Positions 1 to 11,015 are shown, counted from the first letter of the stretch. The stretch: 64,000 nucleotides of DNA from Gemmatimonas sp. (GCA_965279375.1 OZ257156.1:320001-384000), one strand, 5' to 3'. Made by a program: numbers and translations. The notes: generated by a model not told the origin, from the letters alone.

Positions 1-40
1 GCGTGGTGCTGTTGAACGCAGTGCTCATCGGAGGTCTCCT

Positions 41-907
41 CTAGAATTTGGCTTCAAGAAAGTCGTTCACCATCGGCACAATGACCGACATGCGATCCAT
101 CAGTGTTACATGCGTAGCGTTGGGGACGATGGCCAATCGCGATGCGGGGCGCTGCCTGATGTCCCCGTGAACCTCGCCACCCTTCAAACGAAACATCTCG
201 GCGATGTGCTGGATTCGAATGCCGTCAGCATCACCGTGGATGAAGAACATCGGCGCGCTCGTCGCCTTGAGCTGCGTTGCGCTCAGGTCGCCGTCCTTCG
301 AAAAGCCGGCAACCATGCGGCTGACAAACTTCGGAAACTGATCGGGAGTCGGACTCAGTCGTTTGTACTCTGTCTCGATCGGAGAGCCTTTGAAGACGTC
401 CGCTGTGATCTTCGTCAGAGCGTCGAGCCCTTCCGGGACCATGCCGTCTCGGCGGAACGTGGACGAGATGACGACGACCCGTCGCACTTGCTCTGGATGT
501 CGAACGGCAACCTGCATGGCGACGCCGCCGCCCATACTGTATCCGATAAGGTCCGCGCGCGGGATCTTGAGATGCGTGAGCAAGGCCGCAACATCATCCG
601 CGTGGTTTGCGTTGCTGAGCGCTCGTGGAATATCTGCCGTCCGCCCGTGACCCTGCATCTCGACGGCGATGACCTTGTGGGTCTTTGCGAACTCGCCGAT
701 CCACCCGGTCCAGTTGCTGGTGATGTTCATGAACGCACCGTGCAGCAACACGACCGGTTGGCCGCGGCCGTGGACTTCGTAGTACATCCGCAGCCCGTTG
801 ACTTGCGCATAGCCCGTCATCGGGCGCTGCTGCGCCGATAGGTTTGTCATCGGAATCGTCATCGCGAGGACCGCGGCGATTCGCATTGCAGAGCGCGTGC
901 GTTTCAT
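41..907 (-). CDS. Secreted alpha/beta fold hydrolase
   Basis: Signal-peptide-like N-terminus, LLHG oxyanion motif, GYSMGG nucleophile elbow; starts 4 nt after the ArsR stop. Confidence 0.9.
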   Translation of the reverse strand: MKRTRSAMRIAAVLAMTIPMTNLSAQQRPMTGYAQVNGLRMYYEVHGRGQPVVLLHGAFMNITSNWTGWIGEFAKTHKVIAVEMQGHGRTADIPRALSNANHADDVAALLTHLKIPRADLIGYSMGGGVAMQVAVRHPEQVRRVVVISSTFRRDGMVPEGLDALTKITADVFKGSPIETEYKRLSPTPDQFPKFVSRMVAGFSKDGDLSATQLKATSAPMFFIHGDADGIRIQHIAEMFRLKGGEVHGDIRQRPASRLAIVPNATHVTLMDRMSVIVPMVNDFLEAKF

Positions 908-911
908 CGTC

Positions 912-1277
912 TCATGTTCTCTTGGTCGGTGGAGGCGCGTGTTGCTTCTGCTTCAACTCCTCGACGAGCTGCTCCAATGCGTTGAATCGTGCGTCCCACA
1001 TCTGGCGATATCGCTCGAGCCACGCCGCCGCGTCCTCCAAGCGCCGGGGACCGAGCTTGCAGGTCCGCACGCGACCGGCCTTTTCCGTCGTGACGAGCCC
1101 CGTCTGCTCCAACACTCCGATGTGCTTTTTCATTCCGGTGAGCGTCATTCGGAATGTCCCGGCCAGTTCGGTGATCGACGCGTCCTTCCGCCCGAGCTGC
1201 TCGAGAATGCCACGACGCGTGGCGTCAGAGAGCGCGGCGAACGAGGAATCGAGGTGCGCTTGCTGATAGTGAACCAT
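912..1277 (-). CDS. ArsR/SmtB family transcriptional regulator
   Basis: [16 protein letters not shown]...SITELA...[13 protein letters not shown]...GRVRTC wHTH pattern; start reassigned to ATG 1277 within the longer ORF 912-1841. Confidence 0.9.
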   Translation of the reverse strand: MVHYQQAHLDSSFAALSDATRRGILEQLGRKDASITELAGTFRMTLTGMKKHIGVLEQTGLVTTEKAGRVRTCKLGPRRLEDAAAWLERYRQMWDARFNALEQLVEELKQKQHAPPPTKRT

Positions 1278-1285
1278 ATGGTTCA
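1270..1285. promoter_or_regulatory. Perfect 16-bp palindrome TGAACCATATGGTTCA, probable ArsR autoregulatory operator
   Basis: Exact dyad symmetry overlapping the ArsR start codon; AT-rich relative to its surroundings. Confidence 0.7.
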
Positions 1286-1319
1286 GTTTAAGTGCAACTC
1301 GAATTGCGCGCAAGGGTCG

Positions 1320-1478
1320 ATGCGCGAGGCGCTCATCTTCGATATCAATTCGATTCCGACCGCTGAGGTCATCGGCTTCGACTACCACAGTCCCGCGAGG
1401 ACGTCCTTTCAGTACAGCGTGACGGCAACCGGCGGAGATGGGTCGTCGTGCGGGACCGCCATCATCTGGACGAAGTAG
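1320..1478 (+). pseudogene. Probable remnant: C-terminal end of a TonB-plug-like domain protein
   Basis: DINSIPTAEVIGFDYHSPA...CGTAIIWTK* resembles the plug-domain end motif (compare DIDRIDFLSPG...GAIIVLTR at 58843-59319 and DIETLDVIRGPAA...GVIVITTK in SusC); no room for an N-terminal part. Confidence 0.5.
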
Positions 1479-1539
1479 GACCGCAACACGACGCAGGCGT
1501 TTGCCAGCCACTCCACCCTGCACCTCCGATGAACACCCG

Positions 1540-2049
1540 ATGAACTTGCTGATCCGCGCTCTCCTCCTGCTGTCCTTCGCGAGTCCGCTCGCAGCGCAGT
1601 CGCTCCCACGCGACTCGGTGCTGTCTCGGTTGGCCGGCCGCTGGGTGCTGCGAGGCACGATCGCGAGCCAACCGACCGTCCACGATGTCACGTTCAGTTG
1701 GATGCTCAACCGCGGGTATCTGCAGATGCACGAGGTCTCGCGCGAGCGAACGTCCGCGGGCACGCCAGAGTACGAGGCGGTGGTTCTCTTCACTCGCGAC
1801 CCGAAGTCCGGGGAGTATGCCTGTCTGTGGCTGGACAACACCGGAGTGAGCGCCTTCGAGGATGCCGGGATCGGCCGCGGTTCGGTGGCCGGCGATTCCG
1901 TTTCCTTTCTGTTCCGCTACACGCCCACGACGCGGTTTCATAACACGTTTGTGTACGACGGCCGGCGCGATCAGTGGCAGTGGCACATGGACAACGACAG
2001 CATCGGCGTTCGGCGGCCGTTTGCGCGCGTGACGTTGACGCGGCGATAG
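1540..2049 (+). CDS. Secreted hypothetical protein (DUF1579-like beta-barrel)
   Basis: Signal peptide MNLLIRALLLLSFASPLAAQ; LAGRW motif, beta-rich, W-L-D-N-T-G. Confidence 0.7.
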   Translation: MNLLIRALLLLSFASPLAAQSLPRDSVLSRLAGRWVLRGTIASQPTVHDVTFSWMLNRGYLQMHEVSRERTSAGTPEYEAVVLFTRDPKSGEYACLWLDNTGVSAFEDAGIGRGSVAGDSVSFLFRYTPTTRFHNTFVYDGRRDQWQWHMDNDSIGVRRPFARVTLTRR

Positions 2050-2100
2050 CGTCTGCGCTCCACCCAATCGCTCCCCTCACCTCAGCCTGCACGCGACGCC

Positions 2101-2661
2101 ATGGGACTCCTGACCTTCAGCCTGAACGTCACGCTCGACGGTTGCATCGACCACCGCGAGGGGATCGCCGACGACGAGACACATGCGCACTTCACCCGTC
2201 TGATGGACGACGGCGGGGCCATGCTGTGGGGCCGCGTCACCTACGAGATGATGGAGAGCTACTGGCCGGCGGTCGCTCGCGGTGACGAGGCCGCACCACC
2301 AGCGATACGCGAGTGGGCAGTGAAGCTGGAGACCAAGCCGAAGTACATCGTGTCGTCGACGCGAACGAACTTCCTCTGGACCAACAGCCACCACATCGCG
2401 GGCGACCTGCGTACGGGTGTGCAGGCGCTCAAGGACGCGACGCCGTCGGGCGTGCTGCTCGGCAGCGGCACGCTCGCGACCGAGTTGGAGCGACTGGATC
2501 TGATCGACGAATACAAGTTCCTCGTTCAGCCGAGGATCGCCGGCCACGGCCCCTATCTGCACCAATATGGGTTACACGGCACGCGACGACTCGAACTTGT
2601 GTCGTCGACGCCACTCCGGTGCGGTGCGGTCGCCGTGCACTACCGACGCGCGCGCGACTAA
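2101..2661 (+). CDS. Dihydrofolate reductase-like / RibD C-terminal domain protein
   Basis: NVTLDGC, LWGRVTYEMM, KPKYIVSST, GSGTLA, LIDEY...PRIAGHG motifs. Confidence 0.9.
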   Translation: MGLLTFSLNVTLDGCIDHREGIADDETHAHFTRLMDDGGAMLWGRVTYEMMESYWPAVARGDEAAPPAIREWAVKLETKPKYIVSSTRTNFLWTNSHHIAGDLRTGVQALKDATPSGVLLGSGTLATELERLDLIDEYKFLVQPRIAGHGPYLHQYGLHGTRRLELVSSTPLRCGAVAVHYRRARD

Positions 2662-2854
2662 CCACCGGTGACAGCGGACGGACGCGGAGGTGATCCGCGA
2701 TACGGCCCGCCGACCCTCACTCAGCACCCGGACCGCCGAGCGGATTTCTCGTTTGTTGGCAACCCGCTGACGGACCGACGGTACTGATCAGGCGAGGTCG
2801 TTCGAGCAACGAGCGACAGCCCGTGACCATGTGCCTGGAGACGCGAGCGCGGCG

Positions 2855-4279
2855 ATGTTGATTCCTGATCTGATCCTGTTCGCGGTCGTGCTGATTCTGG
2901 CCGTTTGGCGACTGTCTGCGCCGAGCTGGCGACCGAGGCTGCGCGTCATTGCCGTCGCGTTTGGCTTTCTGCTCGCGGCCGCGCACTGGGCGCTCTGTGG
3001 CTTCACTTGGCAGGAGCTGCCGGCCTATCTGATGCTGGCGCTGAGCGCACTGCCGCCGTCGCGCACAGGATCGGCACGTCCCTGGATCGGCCGACTCGCT
3101 CTTGCAGCTGTTGCGGCCGCGACCATCGGTGTCTGGATGCTACCCGCCGTGCCTGCGCTGCCGCTACCCGACGGCCGCCACGCCGTCGCGACCGACGTCT
3201 ACCGCTGGACCGACGCCGCACGTGACGAGCCGCATACGCCGGACCTAACCGACCGTCGCAGCGTGATCGCGCAGGCCTGGTATCCGACGACGAGCCGCGA
3301 ACAGCCGAGCGGCGTCGCACGCGTCGCTTACATGGATGGGATTGGGCACCTGCCCGACAAGGTGAGCGGCTTGCCAAGCTTCTTCATGCGCCGATATGGC
3401 CAAATCGACACGCATGCGGAGCGCATGGCGCCACTCGCACCCAGCGATCGCCCGTGGCCGGTGGTGATCATGTTGCCTGGCTATGGTGCTCCTCGCGCGG
3501 TCTATACCGGGCTGGCCACTCGTCTCGCCAGCCGCGGCTTCGTCGTGTTCGTGCTGGACCACCCCTACGAATCCGCAGTGACCCAGCTGCCGAACGGACA
3601 GGTGGTGGGAACCCAGGAGATCCTCCTGCCAGGCGAACGGGACCGCATCGGCTACATGGCTCGTCAGCAAGCCGTGCGGGTCGCCGACGTTCGTTTCGTC
3701 ATCGATCAGCTCGTCCGCGCAGCAGCACTCTCACCTTCGATGCGTGGCGGCAGGATCGACGTGTCGAAGGTCGCGGTGATCGGTCACTCGTTTGGCGGCG
3801 CGGCCGCGAGCGCGGTGTTGAGCGAAGACTCGCGCGTCGTGGCCGCGGCCAACATCGACGGCACGCCGTATGGCGAACTTCCTGATCGTCAGCTGACAAA
3901 ACCGTTCCTGCTGCTGCAGAGCGACTCCGCCGAGACGCACCATGGCGTGCTCTTCGTGAACGGCAATGGCAGGCTGCTCGCTCACATGACCGCGCCCGGA
4001 TTCCACTATGAGCTCAAGCGCGCCAACCACTACAGCTTCACCGACGCACCGTTCTTCTTCGCGCCGCCGGGCCGGTTTCTGCTGGCGCAGTTGATGGGCG
4101 GCGGACGCGGTCCGGCGGAAACACAGCAGGCAACGGCCGACCTGCTGGCGGCTTTCCTCAGCGGTCCGCTCACCGGCGCGGCAAGGGATCTGGCCGCGAC
4201 GGCGGCGCGTTATGCGGGAGTACTGGGTGGCGAGGTGGTGCATACGCGCGATGGGATGGCGTCGACGAGGAGTCGCTGA
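2855..4279 (+). CDS. Membrane-anchored alpha/beta hydrolase (PAF-acetylhydrolase/carboxylesterase-like)
   Basis: N-terminal TM helices; QAWYP, LASRGFVV..LDHPY, GHSFGG, NIDG, HYSFTD. Confidence 0.85.
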   Translation: MLIPDLILFAVVLILAVWRLSAPSWRPRLRVIAVAFGFLLAAAHWALCGFTWQELPAYLMLALSALPPSRTGSARPWIGRLALAAVAAATIGVWMLPAVPALPLPDGRHAVATDVYRWTDAARDEPHTPDLTDRRSVIAQAWYPTTSREQPSGVARVAYMDGIGHLPDKVSGLPSFFMRRYGQIDTHAERMAPLAPSDRPWPVVIMLPGYGAPRAVYTGLATRLASRGFVVFVLDHPYESAVTQLPNGQVVGTQEILLPGERDRIGYMARQQAVRVADVRFVIDQLVRAAALSPSMRGGRIDVSKVAVIGHSFGGAAASAVLSEDSRVVAAANIDGTPYGELPDRQLTKPFLLLQSDSAETHHGVLFVNGNGRLLAHMTAPGFHYELKRANHYSFTDAPFFFAPPGRFLLAQLMGGGRGPAETQQATADLLAAFLSGPLTGAARDLAATAARYAGVLGGEVVHTRDGMASTRSR

Positions 4280-4560
4280 CACAAGCGACGCGCCCGACGC
4301 GACGCCGACACGGTCGAGAACGTCAGGATTCTTTCCGTCGCGGTCTGCGTCACAATTCTCGAGACTGTCAGATGCTCCGTGTACTGTCCCCTCGTCGGCC
4401 CGGACCATATTCTGCACAGAGGTCCGAACGCATGACCGCTCCTGCTCGACGAATGCGCGTCGTGTCCAGGCCGTCATCGAGGTCGGTTCAAGTCACGCAA
4501 CTCCGGCCTCCACGCTTCCATGCCGCCACGGACCACGGGAATGCTCATGCGCGCCCGCGA

Positions 4561-6354
4561 ATGAAGCGCGTCCTACCTCGCGGTGACGTGCTGGTGGCGC
4601 TCCTGATGGTGGTGGTGCACGCGATCCTCAGCTTGGGATACACGGGCACCTTTTGGGGCGACTTTGGGCGCTGGTCGTACGAGGTGCAACGCTTCGCGTC
4701 CGGCGGGCTTCCGTACCGCGATTTCCAATGGCACTTCCCTCCGCTGGCGATCTGGCTGTTCGGAGGCGCCGCGCGAATCATTGGCACCAGTCTGTCCTCG
4801 CTCGCGCTTATTTCGTCGACCGTGATGGTTGTCCTGAGTGTCTGCTACGCGAAAGTCGCGCGGCGCGCACTGGGCCGAGTCGACGCGCCGCTCGTGGCAG
4901 TCTGCCTGCTGCTCGGGTTTGCCTACTCGCAGCCGATTGGAGGACCGATCACGTTGGGCGGATACACGCCGGCCACGCCGGTCGGTGCGCTATGTGTGTT
5001 CGCTGCGATGTGGTGCAGTGGAATCTCCCTGGATGCAGACGACGCGCGCGGCTTCTCCTGGCATGCGACAATGGCTGGGACGTTCGCTGCACTCGCTGTG
5101 CTCTCGAAGCAGGACTTCTGGATTCCGGCTGCGTATCTCGTGCTGGTGACGACAATACGCACCCGCCGCGTCGAGACGACGGTCGCGGCGGCGCTCGTTG
5201 CTGTTGCCGGCATCAGCGTGATCGCCGCGACCGCTGGTCCACAGGTGCTCCTACCGCTGGCTGGTGGCTTCGGTCACGTGTCCGTGACGGGCGGTTCTGG
5301 ATTTCCATCTTGGTAGCGAATCACCGTCGACCTCTTTGTCCTGTCAGTGCTGAGCGGTGGGTGCCTGCTGCTGGCCGATCTCGCGCGCGAGCGCGCGAGG
5401 CCGATGCCCGTCATGGCACTCTTCAGCGTGGCGGCGACCCTCGGCGCGCTTCACGTCTACCAATCCATGCACGTCGGGGTGCCCGTCAACGGGCAGCCTC
5501 CGACGCCGACGCAGGATGAGCTCGCGTATCACATGAACGCCGGACACGCACTGCTCCGACCGTCGATCGGGTGGCTGCGTGAGCGATTTGTGCAGTCGGC
5601 GATCCCGGTGTCGTTGGCGCCACTTGTGTTGTTGCTCGTCGGAGTGCGCTGGAAGCGATTGGACGACGAGCGGCGGATGTCACTGGCTCTGTTGCTCGGG
5701 CTCGCGATCACTCTGCGCATGCGACGCGCGTTCGGTGGCTCCGAATGGTTCGAGTTTCTTTTCACGCTGCCCGTGGTAATCGCAGCGGTCGAACTGCTGC
5801 TCAATCTGACTCCCGACGCACTGCGGCGATTCCGTCTGGGCACGACCGCACTGCTCGCAGTCGGCGCAGTGTTCACCTACGTGACCCTCGTCCGGGGGCC
5901 GGGAACGTTACGGGTCTATCCTGCCGCCACGACCACGCGAGGTACGGTGCATTGGGCAGCGGGCAAGTTGAAGGACTATCGCCGACTGCTCGCCGAGCTC
6001 GACTCGATCGATCCTTCGAGATCCCGCCCGTTGGTCGCATTTGGATACAGCGGAGGGTTCAACTACTTCATGGCGCGTGAGAATCCGTTTCCGATGACGC
6101 AGGATTTCTTCTTCTCTGCGTTCAACGCGGACTCGGTCCTGCGACAGCGTCCACCGCGGCTGCTGCTGATCGACCACCCGTTTCTCGAAGACGAGTCGTG
6201 GGGAACGGCAGTCTTCGAATGGCGACAGTGGGAGCAGTCTCGGGTGCGCGGCCCGTATCGCTGGTACGATCGGCCGCGATTCAATCGATTGCGCGAGGGA
6301 TGCGCGGCCGTGCTGCCGTCACCCACCGTATTTACGGTCTACGACTGTCCCTGA
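4561..6354 (+). pseudogene. Multi-pass membrane protein (GT-C/ArnT-like glycosyltransferase candidate) interrupted by an in-frame TAG at 5314-5316
   Basis: ORFs 4372-5316 and 5347-6354 share a frame; sequence reads FPSW*RITVDLFVLS; GGLPYRDFQWHFPP loop and LSKQDF motif are typical of GT-C-like proteins; adjacent to a GT2 gene. Confidence 0.65.
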
Positions 6355-6475
6355 AGAACCAGCTGAAAAGTCATTCGATGTTTGACGAGACAGTTTCACG
6401 TGTGATCGGGCGACGTGAGCGTCCACTACGTGCTGTTGCTCACAATGCATGCGCCTTGGAGAGAGATACGTTTCG

Positions 6476-7267
6476 ATGATGCACGCTCATGACCTCAATG
6501 CAACTGCGCCCCGACAGTCCGCGCGACCGATTCCCCACATGCGCGGACGCACGGAGTTGCGGCAGGAAGATCTCCGTTTGTCTGTGCTGATTCCGGTGTA
6601 CAATGAACGCAGTACCATCGAGTTCATCGTCGATCAGGTGCGGTTGGTGCCTGTCAGCACTGAGATTATCTGCGTGAACGATTGCTCCACCGATGGCACG
6701 CGGGAGATTCTGGATCGGCTCCTCGCCGAAGGACGTATTGACCAATTGGTTCACAAGGAGGTCAACGCGGGGAAAGGGTCGGCGATCCGCACAGCCATTG
6801 GGCTCAGTACGGGGAACGTCGTGATCGTACAGGATGCAGATCTCGAATACGACCCGGCCGACTGGCCGCAACTCCTCGAACCCATCATCCAGGGCAAGGC
6901 CGATGCGGTCTTCGGTTCCCGATTCCTCGGCGGCTCGCACCGCGTGCTGTACTTCTGGCATTCCGTCGGGAACAAGCTGCTCACGCTTCTGAGCAACATG
7001 TTCACGAACCTGAACCTGACTGACATGGAAACGTGCTACAAGGCAATCACGGGCGACCTCGCCCGAAGCCTTGTGCTGACCTCCGACCGCTTCGGCTTTG
7101 AACCGGAAGTCACAGCGCGGCTCGCGCAGGCCGACGCGCGCATCTTCGAAGTGCCGATCAGCTACTCGGGGCGCACATATGCTGAGGGGAAGAAGATCGG
7201 CTGGCGCGACGGGGCCGCGGCGCTCTGGCACATTGCGCGCTTCAATCTGTTTCCGGCGACCCGATAG
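6476..7267 (+). CDS. Glycosyltransferase family 2 (polyprenol-phosphate glycosyltransferase-like)
   Basis: LSVLIPVYNE, VNDCSTDGT, NAGKG, QDADLEYDP, FGSRF, TDMETCYK, FGFEPE; start could also be 6539. Confidence 0.95.
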   Translation: MMHAHDLNATAPRQSARPIPHMRGRTELRQEDLRLSVLIPVYNERSTIEFIVDQVRLVPVSTEIICVNDCSTDGTREILDRLLAEGRIDQLVHKEVNAGKGSAIRTAIGLSTGNVVIVQDADLEYDPADWPQLLEPIIQGKADAVFGSRFLGGSHRVLYFWHSVGNKLLTLLSNMFTNLNLTDMETCYKAITGDLARSLVLTSDRFGFEPEVTARLAQADARIFEVPISYSGRTYAEGKKIGWRDGAAALWHIARFNLFPATR

Positions 7268-7268
7268 G

Positions 7269-8339
7269 CTACGAGGCGTCCCACAACACCGACCGATCGA
7301 TCGACGCCAGCGACGCGCGTCCGCACAGCTTCATCGCCAACTCCAACTCCACGCGCAACAGCTCGAGCACACGCGACACACCTGCCGCACCACCAACCGA
7401 CAGGCCATAGCAATACGGCCGCCCGATCATCACCGCACTCGCGCCCAACGCGATCGCCTTGATGATATCGGTGCCGCGGCGCACGCCGCCGTCGATGAGC
7501 ACGGGCACGCGCCCCGCCACGCGCTCCGTGATGTGCGGCAACGCATCGATGGTGGCCGGCACCGTGTCGAGATTGCGTGCGCCGTGATTGGACACGATGA
7601 TGCCATCGGCGCCCGCCTGAATCGCACGTTCCGCGTCATCGTGATCGAGAATGCCCTTGAGCAGCACCGGCACACGTGCAATGGAGCGCAGCCACTCGAT
7701 GTCTCGCCACGTTATACTGATGCGATCAGGCGTGAGCACACCGCGTCGATGTGTGGATACATCATACAAGTGCGGCGTGTTGATCCCGGCTGGCAATGCA
7801 AACTTCGCCTTGAGCATGCGGTCGCGCGTGCCGAGCGTTGGCGTGTCCACCGTGACGCAGAGCGCGCGACAGCCGGCCTCCTGCACGTGCTGCACGAGAT
7901 CCTGCGTAAACGCGCGATCGGACTGTACATAGAGCTGAAACCAGAGCGGCGACGTTGTCGCTGCCGCAATCTCGGTGAACGCACTCGTCGCCGCGGTACT
8001 CACGATCATCGTGGCGCCCATGGCACTGGCGCCCGCAGCCGTGGCCACCTCGCCTTCCGGATGCATCGTGCGCTGATACGCAGTCGGCGCGAGCACGATC
8101 GGGAACGGCATCGTCTGCCCGAAGAGCGTCGTCTGCATGTCGATGTCGGCGACATCCACGAGAATGCGCGGGCGAAGCCGCAGCTTTGCAAACGAGTCGC
8201 GATTCCAGCGCAGCGAGTGCTCGTCGGCGCCGCCGGCCGAGACGTACTCATAGGCCATGTGCGACATGGCAGTGCGTGCGAGCTGTTCGAACTCGTCGAG
8301 GCTGACGATGTCGGCGAGATCGGGAAGCGGTGCGGTCAT
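7269..8339 (-). CDS. FMN-dependent alpha-hydroxy acid oxidase/dehydrogenase
   Basis: LAPTA, WFQLY, TVDTP, LLKGI, SNHGARNLD, DGGVRRGTD, GRP motifs. Confidence 0.95.
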   Translation of the reverse strand: MTAPLPDLADIVSLDEFEQLARTAMSHMAYEYVSAGGADEHSLRWNRDSFAKLRLRPRILVDVADIDMQTTLFGQTMPFPIVLAPTAYQRTMHPEGEVATAAGASAMGATMIVSTAATSAFTEIAAATTSPLWFQLYVQSDRAFTQDLVQHVQEAGCRALCVTVDTPTLGTRDRMLKAKFALPAGINTPHLYDVSTHRRGVLTPDRISITWRDIEWLRSIARVPVLLKGILDHDDAERAIQAGADGIIVSNHGARNLDTVPATIDALPHITERVAGRVPVLIDGGVRRGTDIIKAIALGASAVMIGRPYCYGLSVGGAAGVSRVLELLRVELELAMKLCGRASLASIDRSVLWDAS

Positions 8340-8432
8340 GTGCGAGAGAGAAGTTGGTGAGGCGATGCTCGCATAACTTGCAGCATCCATCGGCACTTCG
8401 CTCACGCGGGACGGCGCGGCCCGCGGGTGGTG

Positions 8433-10799
8433 CTATCCGACGAGACGCAGCTCCGGCGCCATCACGTTGCGCTCGGATCGCAGATACTCCATCACAAGAT
8501 CGGCGGCCATCGGGCGCGAAATGTAGAACCCCTGTGCTTGCGAACAGCCCAGCGTGGTGACCCACGCCAACGCCTCCTCGGTCTCCACCCCTTCGGCGGT
8601 GGTCTCCAATCCCAGCTTGGTGGCCAGGCTGGCGACCGCTTCGATGATGGCGCCGCGATGCGCGATCGACGCACCGCCACTCACGAACGAACGATCGATC
8701 TTGATCTTGCTCACTGGGTATCGCGTGAGGTAGTTGAGCGACGAGAAACCAATCCCGAAATCATCGAGGGCGACGCCGACGCCGAGCGCGCGCATGTCAG
8801 CGAGAAAGCGCACAGTGCTCTCCTCGTGCGAGAGGAGCAACGCCTCGGTGATCTCGAGCTCGAGACGACGTGCAGGCAATCCCGCTGCCTCGAACGCCTC
8901 CACGACGGTGTGCTTGAGCGTCGCGCGGCCAAGTTGTGCCGGCGAGAGGTTGACCGCGATGCGGATGTGCTCCGGCCACTGCGCGGCGTCCTTGCATGCG
9001 TTGCGCAACACCCAGTCACCCAATGGACCAATCATTCCGCTCGACTCGGCGAGCCCAATGAAGCGATCGGGCGGCACGAGGCCGCGCTCGGGATGACGCC
9101 AGCGTACGAGCGCCTCGAACGCGACCGTGCGACCTGAGCGTGAATCGATGATGGGTTGGTAGTGCAGCACAAACTGCTCGAGCTCCACCGCTGAACGCAG
9201 GTCTTCCTTGAGCGAGTGCTGCTCCTCGGATTCGCGACGCATCGCTCGTGAGTAACGCGTGACCGATCCGCGGGCGGTGTCCTTGGAGCGATAGAGTGCG
9301 AGGTCGGCATTGCCCATGATCTCGTCCACGTACTCACCGTCATCGAGCCCGACAGCCAGACCAACGGACGCACCGATGCGCACGCGCGTGCCGCGCACGT
9401 CGTATTCGCGGGAGATCGCGGCGATCACCTCCTCCGCCAACGCCTGTACGTCGCTCACATCATCGTTGCCGCGGAAGAGCAGTCCGAACTCGTCGCCACC
9501 GAGGCGACCGGCAAGAAGCCCGCGCTCCGCAAACCCCGTCAGCGTCGCAGCCACTTCGCGCAGCACCAGGTCGCCCGCCGCATGTCCGAGCCCGTCGTTG
9601 ACGGCCTTGAAGTGATCGAGGTCGAGGCAGCCGATCGAGAGCGGCGGCCCACCCGCGCGTGCGACCAGCAGCGCCTCCGAAGCACGATCGCGGAAGGCGG
9701 CGCGATTGGGCAGACCGGTGAGGATGTCCGTCCGCGCCATCCACGCGATTTCGTCCTGCGCGAGCTTCACATCCGTGGTGTCGGAACCAACGCCGCGCCA
9801 TCCCGTGAGCTGCTCGCCGTCACGATGAATCGGCGTGGCACTGATGGACCACCAGCGCACACCGCTCGAGGTAACTGCCGCCACTTGCAGGTCGCGGAAG
9901 GGACGTCGCGCATCCACGCGCGCCTGCACTGCCGTGCGACTGGGGACGTCGAGTAGGTCGAGGAAGCAGCGCCCCGTCAGTTCGGAGTCAGGGCGCTCCG
10001 ATACCTGCGCGAACCGCGCCGAATGACCGACAATGCACAATTCGCCGTCGAGTTCAAACAACCAGTCGGAGCCGTTCTCCTCGAATTCCGCGAGCAGCAT
10101 GGCGATCACCTGCCCGCGCACCTCCAGATCGGCTTCGGCGCGGAATCGCTCGACGAAGAGATTGGCGGTGCTGATGGCGCTCTTCCACACGACGGCGGTG
10201 TACGCGGCCAGCAGCAGCGAGAGGATGATGCGGTAGCTGACGTCGGACTGCAGAACTCCCGCCAGCGTGCCGGCTACGAGCACGGTGACATACGCGGTCG
10301 CGGCCTCGGGAACGGTCGCCATGGCGAAGCCGCCTGCACAAATCATCCCGGTAATGACCGTGCCGAGGACCAGCTGCTCCTGCGCACCCGCGCCGGGAAA
10401 CCAGACGGCAGGAACGATCGCCCAGACGGCCGAGAGCAGTCCAGCGTGCAGTGCGGCGCGACGGATCGCGCGCTTGGATGCGGTCGCGCGCGCGGGCCCT
10501 CGGCGGGTTCGCGCCCACGCCCGCACACCCATGAGCACCATGACGCCGAGCGTGGCACACCACGCCGCGAGTCCAATCGGATCGGCCGTCCCGCGAAGGC
10601 TGTGTGCCACCAGCGCCGCGTTGGCGAGGTTCACCAGCATCGTCAGCGGCGTGAACCGCAACAGTGCTTTGAGCTGCCCCGCGCGGGTGCGCGCATCGGT
10701 CAACGCCGCGTCGGAGGGGAGCTGGTGTGGCCCGCCTTCGATTGTGGTACGTGCTAGGGCCTGAGCTTTTGTGGCACCCGGGGTGAGTCGCGACGGCAT
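8433..10799 (-). CDS. Membrane PAS-GGDEF-EAL diguanylate cyclase/phosphodiesterase
   Basis: N-terminal TM helices, PAS-like region, D.LTGLPNR, RLGGDEF, FEALVRW, ELEITE, DDFGIGFSS. Confidence 0.95.
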   Translation of the reverse strand: MPSRLTPGATKAQALARTTIEGGPHQLPSDAALTDARTRAGQLKALLRFTPLTMLVNLANAALVAHSLRGTADPIGLAAWCATLGVMVLMGVRAWARTRRGPARATASKRAIRRAALHAGLLSAVWAIVPAVWFPGAGAQEQLVLGTVITGMICAGGFAMATVPEAATAYVTVLVAGTLAGVLQSDVSYRIILSLLLAAYTAVVWKSAISTANLFVERFRAEADLEVRGQVIAMLLAEFEENGSDWLFELDGELCIVGHSARFAQVSERPDSELTGRCFLDLLDVPSRTAVQARVDARRPFRDLQVAAVTSSGVRWWSISATPIHRDGEQLTGWRGVGSDTTDVKLAQDEIAWMARTDILTGLPNRAAFRDRASEALLVARAGGPPLSIGCLDLDHFKAVNDGLGHAAGDLVLREVAATLTGFAERGLLAGRLGGDEFGLLFRGNDDVSDVQALAEEVIAAISREYDVRGTRVRIGASVGLAVGLDDGEYVDEIMGNADLALYRSKDTARGSVTRYSRAMRRESEEQHSLKEDLRSAVELEQFVLHYQPIIDSRSGRTVAFEALVRWRHPERGLVPPDRFIGLAESSGMIGPLGDWVLRNACKDAAQWPEHIRIAVNLSPAQLGRATLKHTVVEAFEAAGLPARRLELEITEALLLSHEESTVRFLADMRALGVGVALDDFGIGFSSLNYLTRYPVSKIKIDRSFVSGGASIAHRGAIIEAVASLATKLGLETTAEGVETEEALAWVTTLGCSQAQGFYISRPMAADLVMEYLRSERNVMAPELRLVG

Positions 10800-11015
10800 G
10801 CGGGGAGCATCGGCAAAGCCACGCTGCGACTTGAGGGACGAAATCGGCTTGCGCGCGACGCTCGGCGATCGGCCACGAGGGGGATCTCATCGTCGGCGGG
10901 CCGTGGGTGGTGTCGGAGCGGCCGCCGTCCCATCTTCGGACGAGGATCGATACGCGATGAGCCGCGATCCAATTCCGCCGATCTACGATCGCACGCCCCA
11001 TTTCTCTTCCTGATC

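Noticed and set aside
912..1841. Extended N-termini in the ORF track (also 12761, 16778, 19749, 24394, 58803)
   Set aside because: The extensions overlap neighbouring genes and are Arg/Pro-rich noise; downstream starts fit domain boundaries and stop-start coupling
5314..5316. Genome-wide TAG recoding or pyrrolysine
   Set aside because: TAG terminates many clearly complete genes in the window, and no pyl genes are seen
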